DNA of 64,000 nt from Octopus sinensis (Eukaryota): the NCBI RefSeq assembly GCF_006345805.1, contig NC_043023.1, positions 11,470,001 through 11,534,000 of the forward strand, in the 5' to 3' direction. The notes beneath the pieces are model-generated. The model worked only from the letters and a program-made list of their open reading frames with translations, was not told the DNA's origin and searched no databases. This document shows positions 42,685 through 60,159 of this stretch, in pieces. Position 1 is the first letter of the stretch. Each line of letters begins with the position of its first letter. Position numbers and translations under genes: made by a program.

Positions 42685-43225
42685 GGATCTTTTCGGTTTG
42701 ACCGGCAGTTTTTTCTAGCGGTGTCATATGAAATTGTCACCCATAATTATGACCCTAGAATATATCTATTGCATTTCAATCTGTTTTAGGGGTGGGGGAA
42801 AGGGTATCCTTTTTTCTTCACAAATGTAAATAAACCTAATCTGTTTCTTAAACGAGGGACATATTCATAAGGCACAGAATGCTTTTCACCTCAATAGGAG
42901 ATGATGATGAAAGCACAACAAAGACAAAATCAATGTCACTTAAAACTTTTATTCCTTATTCCCATTCCTTTATTCTCTCCTAACAAATTCCTCAAAAACT
43001 CCAGCACAATCCTCTTCAGAAACCAAAGTCATCTCTGTGTTGATATATTTAGATATATAAATGATATTGAAGTTGTGATTGAAGTTGTGATTCATGAATT
43101 TCATGTTGACATCCAAGAAACTGAAGTTGATAATGTCAAGCTTGAAGAGGAATAAACCCTGACTTTTAGCAGACAAAATATTCATAATTGTTGTCCTGTT
43201 GTAATAAATTTTGATATTGATACAG

Positions 43226-44592
<1,367 letters not shown>

Positions 44593-44951
44593 AAGTATCA
44601 CGATGATATTGTTTTCTTCATTTCTATGAATATGTTTCTGTTTAGTTGTGTCACTATTTTCAGAGAATAATTCGAGGCTATGCTTCTTTCATTTCTGATC
44701 TTACTTCATATTTAGAACAGAAGATATAAATAGTCAATTCCTTCAGAAATTTATCCAAGCTTAATTAACCTGTAAAGTGATGTTGCTCTCAAATCCATCA
44801 TCCAGAAGAAATATATTCCTGTTGTTTTTCATAGATTATATTTTATTCAAGTTGATGTATTGGTGAAAAATCCTTATAAATATACCATCTTTCTTTAGTT
44901 GATAAAACTGAGAAAAAATATCAAAAGCACATCTGATGAAAGAAACTTGTC

Positions 44952-45119
44952 TTATGTCAACAATGCATTTGTATCAATGCACTTGTGTTTGGTCAAGACT
45001 CTTTCTTCAGTGAATGATTTACCACAAATATCACAGTGATATGGTCTCTCACCTGAATCAGTTTTGTTTGGTTTTCTTAAATCATTCATTATAAGATAAT
45101 AATTTCTCATATGTATCAC
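44952..45119 (-). pseudogene. One-finger ZNF remnant (55 aa) fused to a second leader
   Basis: Translates as [55 protein letters not shown]. Too short for the ORF track. Confidence 0.8.
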
Positions 45120-45600
45120 AATGATAAGGATTTTTTCATTTTTATGTATATATTTGTGTTCAGTTGTGTCAGTATTTTCAGAGAATAATTTAACACTGTG
45201 TTTCTTTTATCTGTGTTATTGCTTAACATCTAAAACGGCAGATGTAAACAGTTAAAACTTTTGTAAATTTATCCAAGCTTAATTAAACAAGGAATCACCT
45301 CCTCTACATTCCAGACAGTGAAGACAACAAAAATGTTGCTCTTAATCCCATTGTCCAGAAGAAATATTTTCCCATCGTTTGTTGAAGAATTTATTTATAC
45401 AAAGAAGTTGATGCATTGATGAATGTGCCTTATGAATATATGGTCTTCCTTTAATTGATGAAAGTCAATCAAAATATCAGAGGCACGTCTAAATGAAGAA
45501 ATTTCTTTTACGTCAACATGATGTGATATTCTGAAATAGAAAAAAAGAAGCATGAGATAAAGAGAATCGTTAAACGACATAGTAATTCAACATTGCAAAT
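45120..45600 (-). promoter_or_regulatory. Leader and acceptor (CAG 45533-45531) upstream of the remnant and gene 7
   Basis: Paralogous block. Confidence 0.7.
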
Positions 45601-46830
45601 CTTACAACATCAACACTGTCATCCATTTAGTGTCAGAATCCATTGAGGCATTTCTACGTTTCCTTAATAATCTATCTCATTTTCACGTGTTTAAAATGTG
45701 AAGTGGCATGGCTCAGTGGTTACTGTATTTGCCTAACAATTGGAAGGCTGTGATTTCAACACCCGGAGGCACATTGTGTCACCAAGGCACTTTATTTTAC
45801 ATTGCTTCAGATGGCAAAAATGAGTTTAAGCTGTAATTGAAAGGGCCACGCTTGCCACACTCTGTGTCATGCTGAATCTCCCTGAGGACTATGTTAAGGG
45901 TCTGTGGAGTACTCAGCCATTTGCACGTTAATTCCAGAAACAGGCTGTTTGGTTGATTGGATAAACTAAAACACAAAGTGCCAGTTACTGTTTCATCCAA
46001 TAAAAAAAACCGAAAGGCTAAAATTTAGGGTTAGTGTTAGGGTGAGGGTTAGTGACAGGATGTTGTCTCAGTTTTAGATGCAGCAAATAATTTGTAGCTC
46101 AATAGAGAGCATAGGATTGGTTAAAATTCGAAAAATTAAACTACGTTAAACTTTCAAATTAGAATTTTCTAAAAAAAGCCAAGAGAAAAAAATGTTTTAT
46201 TTTGACACATTCTACCAGTACACGAAGTTTTAAAGTGTTTAGTTAACTAGAAATTGTGTTGGAAACTGCCGTTCAAAAGGAAAAGATCCCAAAAAAGTTT
46301 TATTTTGACACATTCTACCAGTATACGAAGTTTAAAAGTGTTTAGTTAACTAGGAATTGTGTTGAAAACTCCCGTTCAAAAGGAAAAGATCTTAATTTTT
46401 TTAAACAAAGTAAATAAAACAAAAACACAAAGGATCGAATAGTCACGACTAGCTAGCGCGAGTGCGCACACCTGAATAGCTCTTTTTATGTAGTAACGTC
46501 AAAGTCGACCTTGGCGATAAATCCTGACTTCAAATACGGCTAACGTCTACTTGACCTTTCACCCCTTTCGGGAACTACTGGGTTCCGTATATTCGATTTC
46601 TCACTCGCATGAAAGATTGCTGACCCTGGGTCAAAATTTGAAACCATCATCATCATTACTATTATCAATATAACCTTAAAGTAAATCTTCAACTTACCAA
46701 TTAATTAGTGACTCATAAACAAAACGATAACATTAATTAACATGGTATTTTTCGATCGGTTTCCTCTTATTTTGCTAATTAATTACGCCGCTTTACTCTC
46801 ATTTTACCAATTAATTTACTTTATATCACA

Positions 46831-47341
46831 CTAGCAGTATTGCCCGGCATTGCTCGGGTTTGAAAGGGAAATAACTATATAAGCATTTTTAGAGAGTTAC
46901 TTCCCTTATAGATGCCAATTCGGGCTTTCTTAGCCATTTCTGTTTTGGTGTCTTCAAGCCATGAAGTCGTTGTTCTAAAAGAACGCTGGTCTCCTTGACA
47001 ACGCTTTACGACGTTGATTCCCTTACACTCCCTTCCCCACAGCTTCACGAGGGAGGGAAGAAGGGGGAGAAGCAAACAGGTGCAGGAGTGACCATAGACG
47101 CCAACTCCGCCGCCATCGGCACACGAAAAATTATGCATTAAAATGGAATAAAAAATGATGCTAAATTATTTTTAAAATCGTAGAATCATCGTAGATGCGC
47201 GCTAATACTCAGATGGGCTCGATATGAATCACGACTATAAGATACCCGAATTTGGTTAAACTGCACCGCAAAATGTGGGAGTAGTTAGGAATCTAAATCG
47301 AAGGGGACAGACACTCACACAACTAGTTTTATATATATAGA
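46831..47341 (-). mobile_element. Complete non-autonomous Helitron (511 bp)
   Basis: 5' TC, 3' CCCG-AGCAATGC-CGGG hairpin and CTAG. Inserted at A|T with no TSD; the empty site ATCACA|TGTAAC is seen in paralogs. Confidence 0.88.
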
Positions 47342-47746
47342 TGTAACGGTGGTTCATAGGTTTTCATAATTTCTTTATAATCGTGAGCTATACCGTTTGA
47401 AACGTATTTATATAGAATTACATTTACAAAAAAAAAAACCCGTTTTCCTAAAAGTTACGAGGGAAAACCTTTGGATCTTGTCAATTTTCTGAAGGCCTCT
47501 CACCCTCATTGCCTTCTGCACATTTTTCTCTTCAGATCCCTTTTCTACCCCTTTTTCTTTTATACCCGTTGCACTAAAACAGTTTGGAAGTTCTTCAGAC
47601 GAACAAATCTATTTTCCTAATTGTTGTCAGGTTCCCGTTTCGAAATAATTACTCCAACATCCAGAGAAGTTCACAGAAATCTATTATCTTCCATTATCAT
47701 TAGTAGTATTATTATCATGATTACAGCCTTAATTAAATCTTTGTCA

Positions 47747-47982
47747 ACTTACCCGATCCAGATATAAACGACTCAGTGACCGGTAATTAACCCCTCTAAT
47801 TAATAATTCCCATAACACTTTGATAGAAGTGCTGTAGAGGTTATTTCCCTTTATATGGCTGTACTTCCTCAATTCTCCCATAGATGACTCTACCGACTGG
47901 TTGGATTTGTTCCAGCTTTTTTTTCTTTGACCCATTCTATCAGAAACTTCACTGAGTTTCTTCAAACTTTCACCAGATTATT
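47747..47982 (-). promoter_or_regulatory. Putative exon 1 of gene 7, donor CGG|GTAAGT (intron starts 47752)
   Basis: Conserved block, followed by a mariner-like TIR stub (47983-48029) and MITEs. Confidence 0.6.
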
Positions 47983-48029
47983 ATCAGGTCATCCCAAAAG
48001 TTCTGTCCGAATTTTGAATAAAGAAAACA

Positions 48030-48884
48030 GATCTTTCCGGTTTGATCGGCAGTTTTTTTAAATAATTTCCATGTAACTAAACACTTTTAAACTTCGTATA
48101 CTGGTAGAATGTGTTTATAAAACATCTTTTTCTCATGGCTTTATTGAGAAAATTCTATAGTTTGTAAGATATTTGTTGTTTTTTTCTTCAATTTCTGCAA
48201 TTTCAACCAGTCACTGATGTCCATTGAGGTAAAAAACATTCTGTGCTGTATGAATATGTCGCTCGTTTAAGAAACAGATTGGGATATTTTCGGTTTGAAC
48301 GGCAGTTTTTTAAAGTAAATTCCACGTAACTAAACACTTTTAAACTTCGTATACTGGTAGAATGTGTTTATAAAACATCTTTTTCTCTTTTCTTTCTTGA
48401 GAAAATTCTATAGTTTGTAAGATATTTGTTGTTCTTTTTTACTTCAATTCTGCAATTTCAACCAATCAATTACGTCTATTGAGGTAAAAAAAACATTCTG
48501 CACTGTCTGAATATGTCCCTCGTTTAAGAAACAGATTGGGTTTATTTATATTTGTGAAGAAAAAAAAGATACCCTTCCCCCACCCTAACCCTAAAACAGA
48601 TTGAAATGCAATAGATCGATAGTAGGGTCATAATTATGGGTGACAATTTCAACCTATCAATGACGTCTATTGAGGTGAAAACATTCTGTGCCGTATGAAT
48701 ATGTCCCTAGTTTAAGAAACAGACTGGGTTTATTCACATTTGTGAAGAAAAAAAAGATACCCTTTCCCCACCCCTATCCCTAAAACAGATTGAAATGCAA
48801 TAGATCGATACTAGGGTCATAATTATTGGTGACAATTTCATATGATACCGCTAGAAAAAACTGCCGTTCAAACCGAAAAGATCC
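48030..48884 (-). mobile_element. MITE family 1 composite (about three partial or nested copies)
   Basis: Repeated TIR and internal segments. Confidence 0.75.
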
Positions 48885-49319
48885 AATTTTTTATTATTGT
48901 ACAGAATCCACTGGAACCTGGAGCAGCACTCTGGTTTGACAGCTCCTGTCGCACTTGACCACCCAAGCTTGCATAAATATGGACATTAAAGTATGATGAT
49001 GATGATGTTGATGATGAAAACACAACAAAGACCAAATCAATGTCACTTAAAACTTTTATTCCTTATTCCCATTCCTTTATTCTCTCATAACAAATTCCTC
49101 AAAAGTCCAGCACAATCCTCTTCAGAAATCAAAGTCATCTCTGTGTTGATATTTTTATATATATAAATGATACTGAAGTTGGGGTTCGTTAATATCAAAT
49201 TGCTAATGATGAAATTAAAGTTGATGAGGTCAAACCTGAATAGGAATAAATCTAGTCTTTTAACAGACAAAATATTCGTAATTGTTGTCCCGTTCTAATA
49301 AATTTTGATATTGATACGG

Positions 49320-51500
<2,181 letters not shown>

Positions 51501-51912
51501 TCTGGGTTTCAGGGGTCAGAATCCATTGAGGAATTGAAAGCTTTACAACATTCTGTATATAGATGAATCGCTTCAACATTTCACAAATTATTTATCTGTT
51601 TTCTTTCTCTTCTAGGTAAATAAATCATTTTTTAAAACAATGTATATAATTTTTTTACACAAATAAAATATTTTTCGAACAGTTAATCCTCGTTGCCGGA
51701 ATTTTAACAAAAAAAAAAAAAAAAAAATCAAAGGCGATTTATTAGTACAAACCTCAATATTGGTAATTGTTAATACGCAAAGTAAATAATTTTTTAAAGT
51801 AAGTAAATATATTATTTTTATAAACAAATTAAGGTTAGGGTTAAAAAGTCGTTGTAGGATCGACTACTTACGACAAGCCACTGGTCGCAGGTAGTACCGT
51901 AAAACTTTGTCA

Positions 51913-52330
51913 ATTTACCGTATTCACATGTAAACAACGAATCAGAGTTCAGTAATTAAGCACCTTAATTAATAATTTACTTGGATCTCGGTTTAAGTGT
52001 TGTAGAAGTTATTTCCCTTTATACGATTGTATTTCTATAATTCTCTAATAGATGGCTCTACTGAGCGATTGGTTTCGTTTAAGGGTTATTCTTTGTCCCT
52101 TTCTGTCAACAACTTCCCCTTCAAATTCTTTCAAATTCTCACCAGATTATTTTAAGGAAGTGTACTCACATATTCTACTCTGCGGCCGTTTCCCAGCACA
52201 CGACATGGCATCATCGCAAATACTGTAGGAATAAAGACGTCTTCAACCACTGGCTTCCCCACGTCATGCCGTCGTACTTCCGGTCCCTTCCTGACGTCAT
52301 TTCCTCTCCCTTCTAATTATTCTGCTTCCT
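51913..52330 (-). promoter_or_regulatory. Putative promoter (ACTTCCGG 52276-52283; TGACGTCA 52292-52299) and exon 1 of gene 8, donor ACG|GTAAAT (intron starts 51918)
   Basis: Conserved block. Predicted intron of about 0.5 kb. Confidence 0.6.
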
Positions 52331-52403
52331 TGACAATTGACCCTAGTCGGAAGAACAATGCGCCTTTATTCCGATTCGTAATCGTCCATTCTGTTAAGGG
52401 CGA

Positions 52404-52802
52404 GGATCTTTTCGGTTTGAACGGCAATCTTTTCTAGCGGTGTCATATGAAATTGTCACCCATAATTACGACCCTAGAATCAATCTATTGGATTTCAATC
52501 TGTTTTTGGGTTAGGGTTAGGGGGGGAGGGTATTTTTTTCTTCAGAATTGTAAATAAACACAATCTGTTTCTTAAACGAGGGACATATTCATACAACACA
52601 GAATGTTTTCACCTCAATAGACGTCATTGATTGGTTGAAATTGAAGAAAAACAACAAATATCTTACAAACTATAGCATTTTCTCAAGAAAGCCAAGAGAA
52701 AAAGATGTTTCATAAACACATTCTACCAGTATACGAAGTTTAAAAGTGTTTAGTTTCGTGGAAATTATTTTTTAAAATCTGTCGGTCAAAGCGAAAATAT
52801 CC
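52404..52802 (+). mobile_element. MITE family 1, complete copy between divergent exon-1 blocks
   Basis: Both TIRs present. Confidence 0.8.
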
Positions 52803-53081
52803 TAGAATATACAAGTAACTTTATTAAAATAATCTGGTGAGAATTTTTAAAAACTTGAAGATGGAGTTATTCACAGAAAGGGACAAAGTTAAAAAAACAC
52901 GGAAGGAATCCAACAATTCAGTAGCGCTCTCTATTGGAGAATTAAGGAAATACAATTATATCAAGGGGAAACAACTTCTTCACCACATCAACCACGAGAC
53001 CAAAATAGCTAATTAGGGAAGTTAATTAGGGAGGTTAATTACCGATCACTGAGTCACTGTTTATTTGTGAATTCGGTAAGT
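52803..53081 (+). promoter_or_regulatory. Putative exon 1 of gene 9, donor TCG|GTAAGT (intron starts 53076)
   Basis: Conserved block. Predicted intron 53076-54662. Confidence 0.6.
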
Positions 53082-53513
53082 TGACAAATATTTACTTTAA
53101 GGCTGTAATAGTGTTGATAATACTACTAATAATAAGGTAAATAATAGAATTATGTTTCCAAGCGGGAACCTGACAATAATTAGGAAAATATATTTGCTCG
53201 TCTTAATTAATAATTTCCAAACTGAAATGTTGATTTGTTGTTTATAAAATACTGTGACCGACTGTTACATGTGATATAAAGTAAATTAGTTGGTAAAAAT
53301 GAATGTAATGTAGCATAATTAATTAGTAAAATGAGAAGAAACCGATTGAAGAATACCACGTTAATTAATTCTGTCCCGTTGTTAATTAGGCATTGATAAA
53401 ACGGTAAGTTGATGAAGATTTGCTTTAAGGTTATATTAATAATCGTAATGATGGTTTAAAATTTTGACCCAGGGCCATCAGTCAACCTCGGCTGTATTTG
53501 AACCCAAGACTCT

Positions 53514-53920
53514 GGGATCTTTTCGGTTTGAACGGCAGTTTTTTAAAATAATTTCCACGTAACTAAACACTTTTAAACTTCGTATACTGGTAGAATGTGT
53601 TTATAAAACATCTTTTTCTCTTGGCTTTCTTGAGAAAATTCTATAGTCTGTCAGATGTTCTTTTTTCTTCAATTTCTGCAATTTCAACCAATCAATGACG
53701 TCTATTGAGGTGAAAACATTATGTGCCGTATGATAAGTCCCTAGTTTAAGAAACAGATTGGGTTTATTTACATTTCTAAAGAAAATAAGATACCCTTCCC
53801 CCCACCCCTAACCCTAAAACAGATTGAAATGCAATAGATCGATACTAGGGTCATAATTATGGGTGACAATTTCATATGACACCGGTAGAAAAAAATTGCC
53901 GTTCAAAATGAAAAGATCCC
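53514..53920 (-). mobile_element. MITE family 1, complete copy in reverse orientation
   Basis: Both TIRs present. Imperfect flanking repeat CCAAGACT(C)T / CCAAGACTT is a possible 9-bp TSD. Confidence 0.8.
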
Positions 53921-54609
53921 CCAAGACTTACTGTCGAGATCGACACTGTCTTTCATTTTTTTCAGGGTGAGTAAAAAATAATAATAATCAAGGTGCCGCG
54001 CAGTGGGAATGAACTCAGAACATAGCGATAGGCGAAATACCACTCAGCATTTCATGCAGCGTGCTAATGACTCTGCCAGTAAATAATGGAATTATGTGAA
54101 CCCTTCGAAGTTACTGCAATCTGTGAAAATGCATAGAAAGATTGAGAAAATATGCTCCCTTGTCTTAGATATATCAAAAATGAATTTTTCTGAAATGTAT
54201 GAGGAAGGTAGGAGTAGGGCCGACCAAAGCCTTGTGAGTGGATTTCGTAGACGGAAACTGAAAGAAGCCCTTTGTATATGTGTGTATATATATATATGTG
54301 TTTGTGTGTCTGTGTTTGTCTCCCCAACATCGCTTGAAAACAGATGCTGGTGTGTTTACATCCCTGTAACTTAGCGGTTCAGTAAAAGCGACCGATAGAA
54401 TAAGTAACTAGGCTTCCAAACAATAAGTCCTGGGGTCGATTTGCTTGACTAAAAGGCGGTGCTCCAGCATAGCCACAGTCAAATGACTGAAACAAGTAAA
54501 AGTTGTGTAGGTATGCCAGTCTTTCAACACTTCAATGAACTCCGACCCTTGCGAACATTGACATTAAACGGATGACAGTATTAATGTTGTAAAATTTGCA
54601 ATGTTGAAT

Positions 54610-55047
54610 TATTATGTCACTTAACTATTCTCTTTATCTCACTGTTTCTTTTCCTCTTTCAGAATATCACATCTTGTTGACGTAAAAGAAATCTTGTTGT
54701 TCAGATGTGACTTATGATTTTTTTATGGACTTTCATCAACTAAAGGAAGATGATATATTTATAAGGAGCCTTCATCAATACATCAACCTTTTTATACTGA
54801 TATAATCTATGACAAACAACAGCAAAATATTTTTCTTGTCTTCACTGTCTGGAATGTAGAGGAGGTGATTGCTTTACAAGTTTGTGTAACTTTACGAAGG
54901 ACTTGACAGTTTTCACCTGCTAATTTAGATATTAAGTAAGATCACAGATGAATGAAACATAGCATTAAATTATTCCCTGAAAATACTAACTGAACTGAAC
55001 ACAAACATATTCATAGAAAAGAAAAAAACAATATTTTTGTGATATAT
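54610..55047 (+). promoter_or_regulatory. Acceptor (CAG 54660-54662) and leader, gene 9
   Basis: Paralogous block. Confidence 0.7.
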
Positions 55048-56803
55048 ATGAGAAATTATTCTCTCAGAATGAATAATTTAATAAAATCTAAAAACACTGA
55101 TACAAAAGAGAAACCATATTCCTGTGATGTCTGTGGAAAATCATTTTCTCTAAGAAGTAACTTGATTAGACACAGATATATTCATACAGGTGAGAAGCCA
55201 TATCATTGTGATATCTGTGGGAAATCATTCCCTGCAAACGGTGACTTGACGATTCACAAGCGTGTTCATACTGGGGAAAAACCATATCACTGTGATATCT
55301 GTGGTAAATCATTTTCTGGAAGTAATGACTTGACTAAACACCAGCGCATTCATACAGGAGATAAACCATATCGTTGTGATATCTGTGGCAAATCCTTTTC
55401 TCTAAATAGCGCTTTAACTAGTCACAAATATACATATGGGAGAGATGCCATATCATTGTGATATCTGTGGTAAATCATTCTCTCAAAGAAGTAACTTGAC
55501 TGTTCACAGACGTATTCATACGGGTGAGAAGCCATATCATTGTGATGTCTGTGGAAAATCATTTTCTCGGAGAAATCACTTGTCTGTTCACAAACATACA
55601 CATACAGGAGAAAAACCGTGTCATTGCGATACCTGTGGTAAATCATTCTCTTGTAATAGTCAGTTGACTACTCATAGATGTATTCATACTGGTGAAAAAC
55701 CATATCCCTGCGATTTATGTGGTAAATCATTTTCTCAAACTCATGCTTTAACTAGACACAAACGTGTTCATACAGGTGAGAAGCCATATCATTGTGATAT
55801 CTGTGGGAAATCATTCTCTGCAAACGGTAGCTTGACGATTCACAAGCGTGTTCATACTGGGGAAAAACCATATCACTGTGATATCTGTGGTAGATCATTT
55901 TCTGGAAGTAATGACTTGACTAAACACCAGCGCATTCATACAGGAGATAAACCATATCGTTGTGATATCTGTGGCAAATCCTTTTCTCTAAATAGCGCTT
56001 TAACTAGTCACAAATATATACATACGGGAGAGATGCCATATCGTTGTGATATCTGTGGTAAATCATTCTCTGGAAATAGTCAATTGACTAGTCACAGACG
56101 TATTCACACAGGTGAGAAACCATATCGCTGTGATATCTGTGGTAAATCATTTTCTGTAAATAGCACTTTAACTAAACACAAGCGTATTCATACAGGTGAG
56201 AAGCCATATCAATGTATTATCTGCGGTAAATCATTTTCTGAAAATGGAGCTTTAACTCGTCACAAACGTATTCATACTGGGGAAAAACCATATCAGTGTG
56301 ATATCTGTGACAAATCATTTTCCGAAAGTAGCAGTGTAACTAGTCACAAGCGTATTCATACTGGGGAAAAACCATATCAGTGTGATATCTGTGGCAAATC
56401 ATTTTCCGAAAGTAGCAGTGTAACTAGTCACAAGCGTATTCATACTGGGGAAAAACCATATCAGTGTGATATCTGTGGCAAATCATTTTCCGAAAGTAGC
56501 AGTGTAACTAGTCACAAGCGTATTCATACAGGAGAGAAGCCACATCGCTGTGATATCTGTGGTGGGTCATTTTCTAATGCCAGTTACATGAAAAGGCACA
56601 AACGTATTCATAGAGCTGAGAAGCCATATCACTGTGATACATGTGGCAAGTCATTCTCTAAATGTAGTGTCTTAACTAAACACCAGCGTATTCACACAGG
56701 AGAGAAACCATATCATTGTGATATCTGTGGTAAATCATTCTCTTGTAGTAGCCACCTGTCTAAACATAAACGTATTCATACAGGAGAGAAGTCATCATTG
56801 TAA
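55048..56803 (+). CDS. ZNF gene 9: 20 fingers, 2-bp deletion near 55432; out-of-frame fingers follow to ~57040
   Basis: ORFs 55039-55461 and 55436-56803. The intact duplicate at ~56010 shows the missing AT. Confidence 0.87.
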
Positions 56804-57215
56804 TATCTGTGGCAAAACATTCTCTCAAAGAAATGGCTTAACTAAACACAAGCACGTTCATACAGGAGAGAAATTATATCCTTGAGATATCTGTGGTTAA
56901 CCATTCTCTTATAATACTCACTTGACTAATCATAAACATATTCATACTGGGCGAAAAACCACATCACTGTGATATCTGTGGTGAATAATTCTTTCAAAAT
57001 GGCCACTTCAGTACACATGTGAGTATTCACACACAACTGTAACTGTACCAGTATTGAAATTTATTACAACACGACAACAATAACTTCTATTTTTCTCTGC
57101 TAAAAGGCGTTTTCTTTATATCTCTTCAAATTTGATGTTATCAACTTCAAATTCATGAATACGAACCTGAATGCTGTGTATATATGGAAATATATCAACA
57201 CAACAAAGCCTTTGA

Positions 57216-57338
<123 letters not shown>

Positions 57339-57794
57339 TGACTGTATAAGTATTGAAATTTGTTACAACATGCCTAAAATTACTTCTAGTTTTTCTGCAA
57401 AGAGACAGGGATTTTTTTTATCTCTTCAAATTTCATGTTATCAACTTCAATTTCATCAATGTCAACATCTAATTCAGCAAAGACTTTAATTTCTGAAGAT
57501 GGTCATGCTGGAGTTTTGAGGAATTTGTTATGAGAAAATAAAGAAATGGGAATAATGAATAAAAACTGAATTAAACTGAAATTGGTTTTGTCTATTAACT
57601 TTCATCATTGTCGTCATTTTCATCATCATCATCCTTCAGCGATAGCTTTTCTTTATATGTTGTCATGGGTGGCACAGTGTGACATGAGCTGGTAAACCAT
57701 AATGCTGCACTAGGTTCCAGTCTGATTTGTTTGGGTTTCTTTGGATGTATTCTCCTAATGCTAACCAGTTTACAGTTTATGCTGTGTGCTTTAT

Positions 57795-58855
57795 ATCATC
57801 ATCATCATCATCATTTAACATCCGCTTTCCATGCTAGCATGGGTTGGACGATTTGACTGAAGACTAGTGAACCAAATGGCTGCATCAGGCTCCTTTCTGA
57901 TCTGGCAGAGTTTCGGCAGCTTGATGCCCTTCCTAATGCCAACCACTCCGAGAGTGTAGTGGGTCCTTTTACGTATCACTGGCATGAGGACCTGTCAGTC
58001 TGTACCGGCAACGGCCATGCTCAAATGGTGTTTTTGACGTGCCACCTGCACAGGAACCAATCCAGCAGCACTTGCCAGTAAGGCAACGCTGGTAACGATC
58101 ATGCTCAAATGGTGCTTTTTACCTGCCACACAGCATATATATATAAATTTGAATAAGGGTAGAAATTGATATTAATCAATTAAACCCAGTGGCCTAGCAT
58201 ATTAAAAAAATCCAAAGATTAAAATATTTTTTACATACAAAATTTAAAGGACTGACCACTAAAAGTTAGTGGTCAGTCCTTTAAATTTTGTCTGTAAAAA
58301 ATATCCTTTCCTCTTGGGACACAAAACTCTACTTGTGAAGACCTTTTGAGGCAAGTGAAAATCAAAATCGATCAACATCAATGGAAATTGCAGCTGTGAT
58401 ACCAGTGCTGGTGGTACGTGAGAGAACCATCTGAACGTGGCCGTTGCCAGCGCCACCCCGACTAGCCTTGTATCGATGACATGTAAAAAGCACCATCCAA
58501 CCGTGGTCGTTGCCAGCCTTGCCGGACCACATACCGGTGGCACGTGAAAGGCACCCACTCAACTCACGGAGTGGTTGGCGTTAGCAAGGGCATCCAGCCT
58601 TAGAAACATTGCCAGATCAGACTGGGCCTGGTGCAGCCTTCTGGATTCCCAGACCCCAGTTGAACCATCCTACCCATGCTAACATGGAAAGCGGACGCTA
58701 AATGATGATGATGATATATATATATATGGAAGGGCATCCAGCTGTAGAAACACTGCCAGATCAGACTGGAGCCTGGTGCAGCTCTCTGGCATCCCAGATC
58801 CCAGTCAAACCGTCCAACCCATGCTAGCATGGAAAACGGACATTAAATGATGATG
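57795..58855. mobile_element. Inverted pair of LINE 3' UTR fragments (57795-58130 minus; 58305-58855 plus, with a duplicated tail)
   Basis: Similar to 19030-19856, with (GAT)n/(ATC)n tails. Confidence 0.8.
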
Positions 58856-59106
58856 ATATATATATATTTATATATATGTATACACACACATGTAAATTCA
58901 TGTGTGTGTGTATGTATGTATGCATATCTAATACTATAAATGCGAATATCAGTGAGTCACACATTTTCAACTTTACTCCTAGAGGCCGTAGCCCAACATA
59001 TCATACCATTTTGGAATCGGGCTCAATCTGTGGGTAAATTAAGAACTTTCCAGGGCGAATCTGGACCTGTAAGCCTGAAATTTTGGATTCCCAAGTTAAC
59101 ATTACA

Positions 59107-59508
59107 GATCTTTTCGGTTTGAACGGCAGGTTTTTCTAGCGGTGTCATATGAAATTGTCACCCATAATTATGACCCTAGGATCGATCTATTGCATTTCAA
59201 TCTGTTTTAGGGTTAGGAGTAGCGGGAAGGGTATCTTTTTTTCTTCAGAAATGTAAATAAACTCAATCTGTTTCATAAACGAGGGACATATTCATACGGC
59301 CCAGAATGTTATTACCTCAATAGACGTCATTGATTGGTTGAAATTGCAGAAAAAACAAAACAAATATCTTACAAACAATAGAATTTTCTCAATAAAGCCA
59401 AGAGGAAAAGATGTTTTATGAACAAATTCTACCAATATACAAAGTTTAAAAGTGTTTAGTTACGTGGAAATTATTTTTAAAAACTGCCGGTCAAACCGAA
59501 GAGATCCC
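59107..59508 (+). mobile_element. MITE family 1, complete copy
   Basis: Both TIRs present. Confidence 0.8.
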
Positions 59509-59689
59509 AACCACGCAGGTAGTAGAAAAATTTAAAGGGGGGCAAGAATACAAGGATGTCAAATTTCTGTAAATAGACGTACATGATGGGTAGGAACCAG
59601 AGAGGAGGAAAGAAAGTATAATGACATACGTGCACAAACATGTATGTATGGATGTGCATATATTCTTTTCTTTTATTCTTTTACTTGTT

Positions 59690-59960
59690 TCAGTCATTTG
59701 ACTGCGGCCATAAACACGGGGACATAAACACACCAGCATCGGTTGTCAAGCAATGCTAGGGGGACAAACACAGACACACGCATATATATATATATATACG
59801 ACGGGCTTCTTTCAGTTTCCATCTAGCAAATCCACTCACAAGGGTTTGGTCAGCCCAAGGCTACAGTGGAAGACACTTGCCCAAGGTGCCATGCAGTGGG
59901 AGTGATCCCGGAAACATGTGGTTGGTAAACAAGCTACTTACCACACAGTCACTCCTGCAC
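59690..59960 (-). mobile_element. Family-A SINE with an internal deletion
   Basis: Reverse-complement match to 62854-63230. Confidence 0.7.
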
Positions 59961-60159
59961 CTAATATGTGCACCATATTCTTGCTATCATCACTTCCAAA
60001 AAGCGTGGCTGGTTCTACACAAGCCTTCAACACTCAAATCAAATATTTCTGTTTGGGGTTTCTGACAACTTACATTTATTCATTCAATATGGCAGAGCTT
60101 CAAGTTGTGAAAATCAAAAGGAGAGTGAAAGTGATAAGACATGTATATTTCGTCATGTA

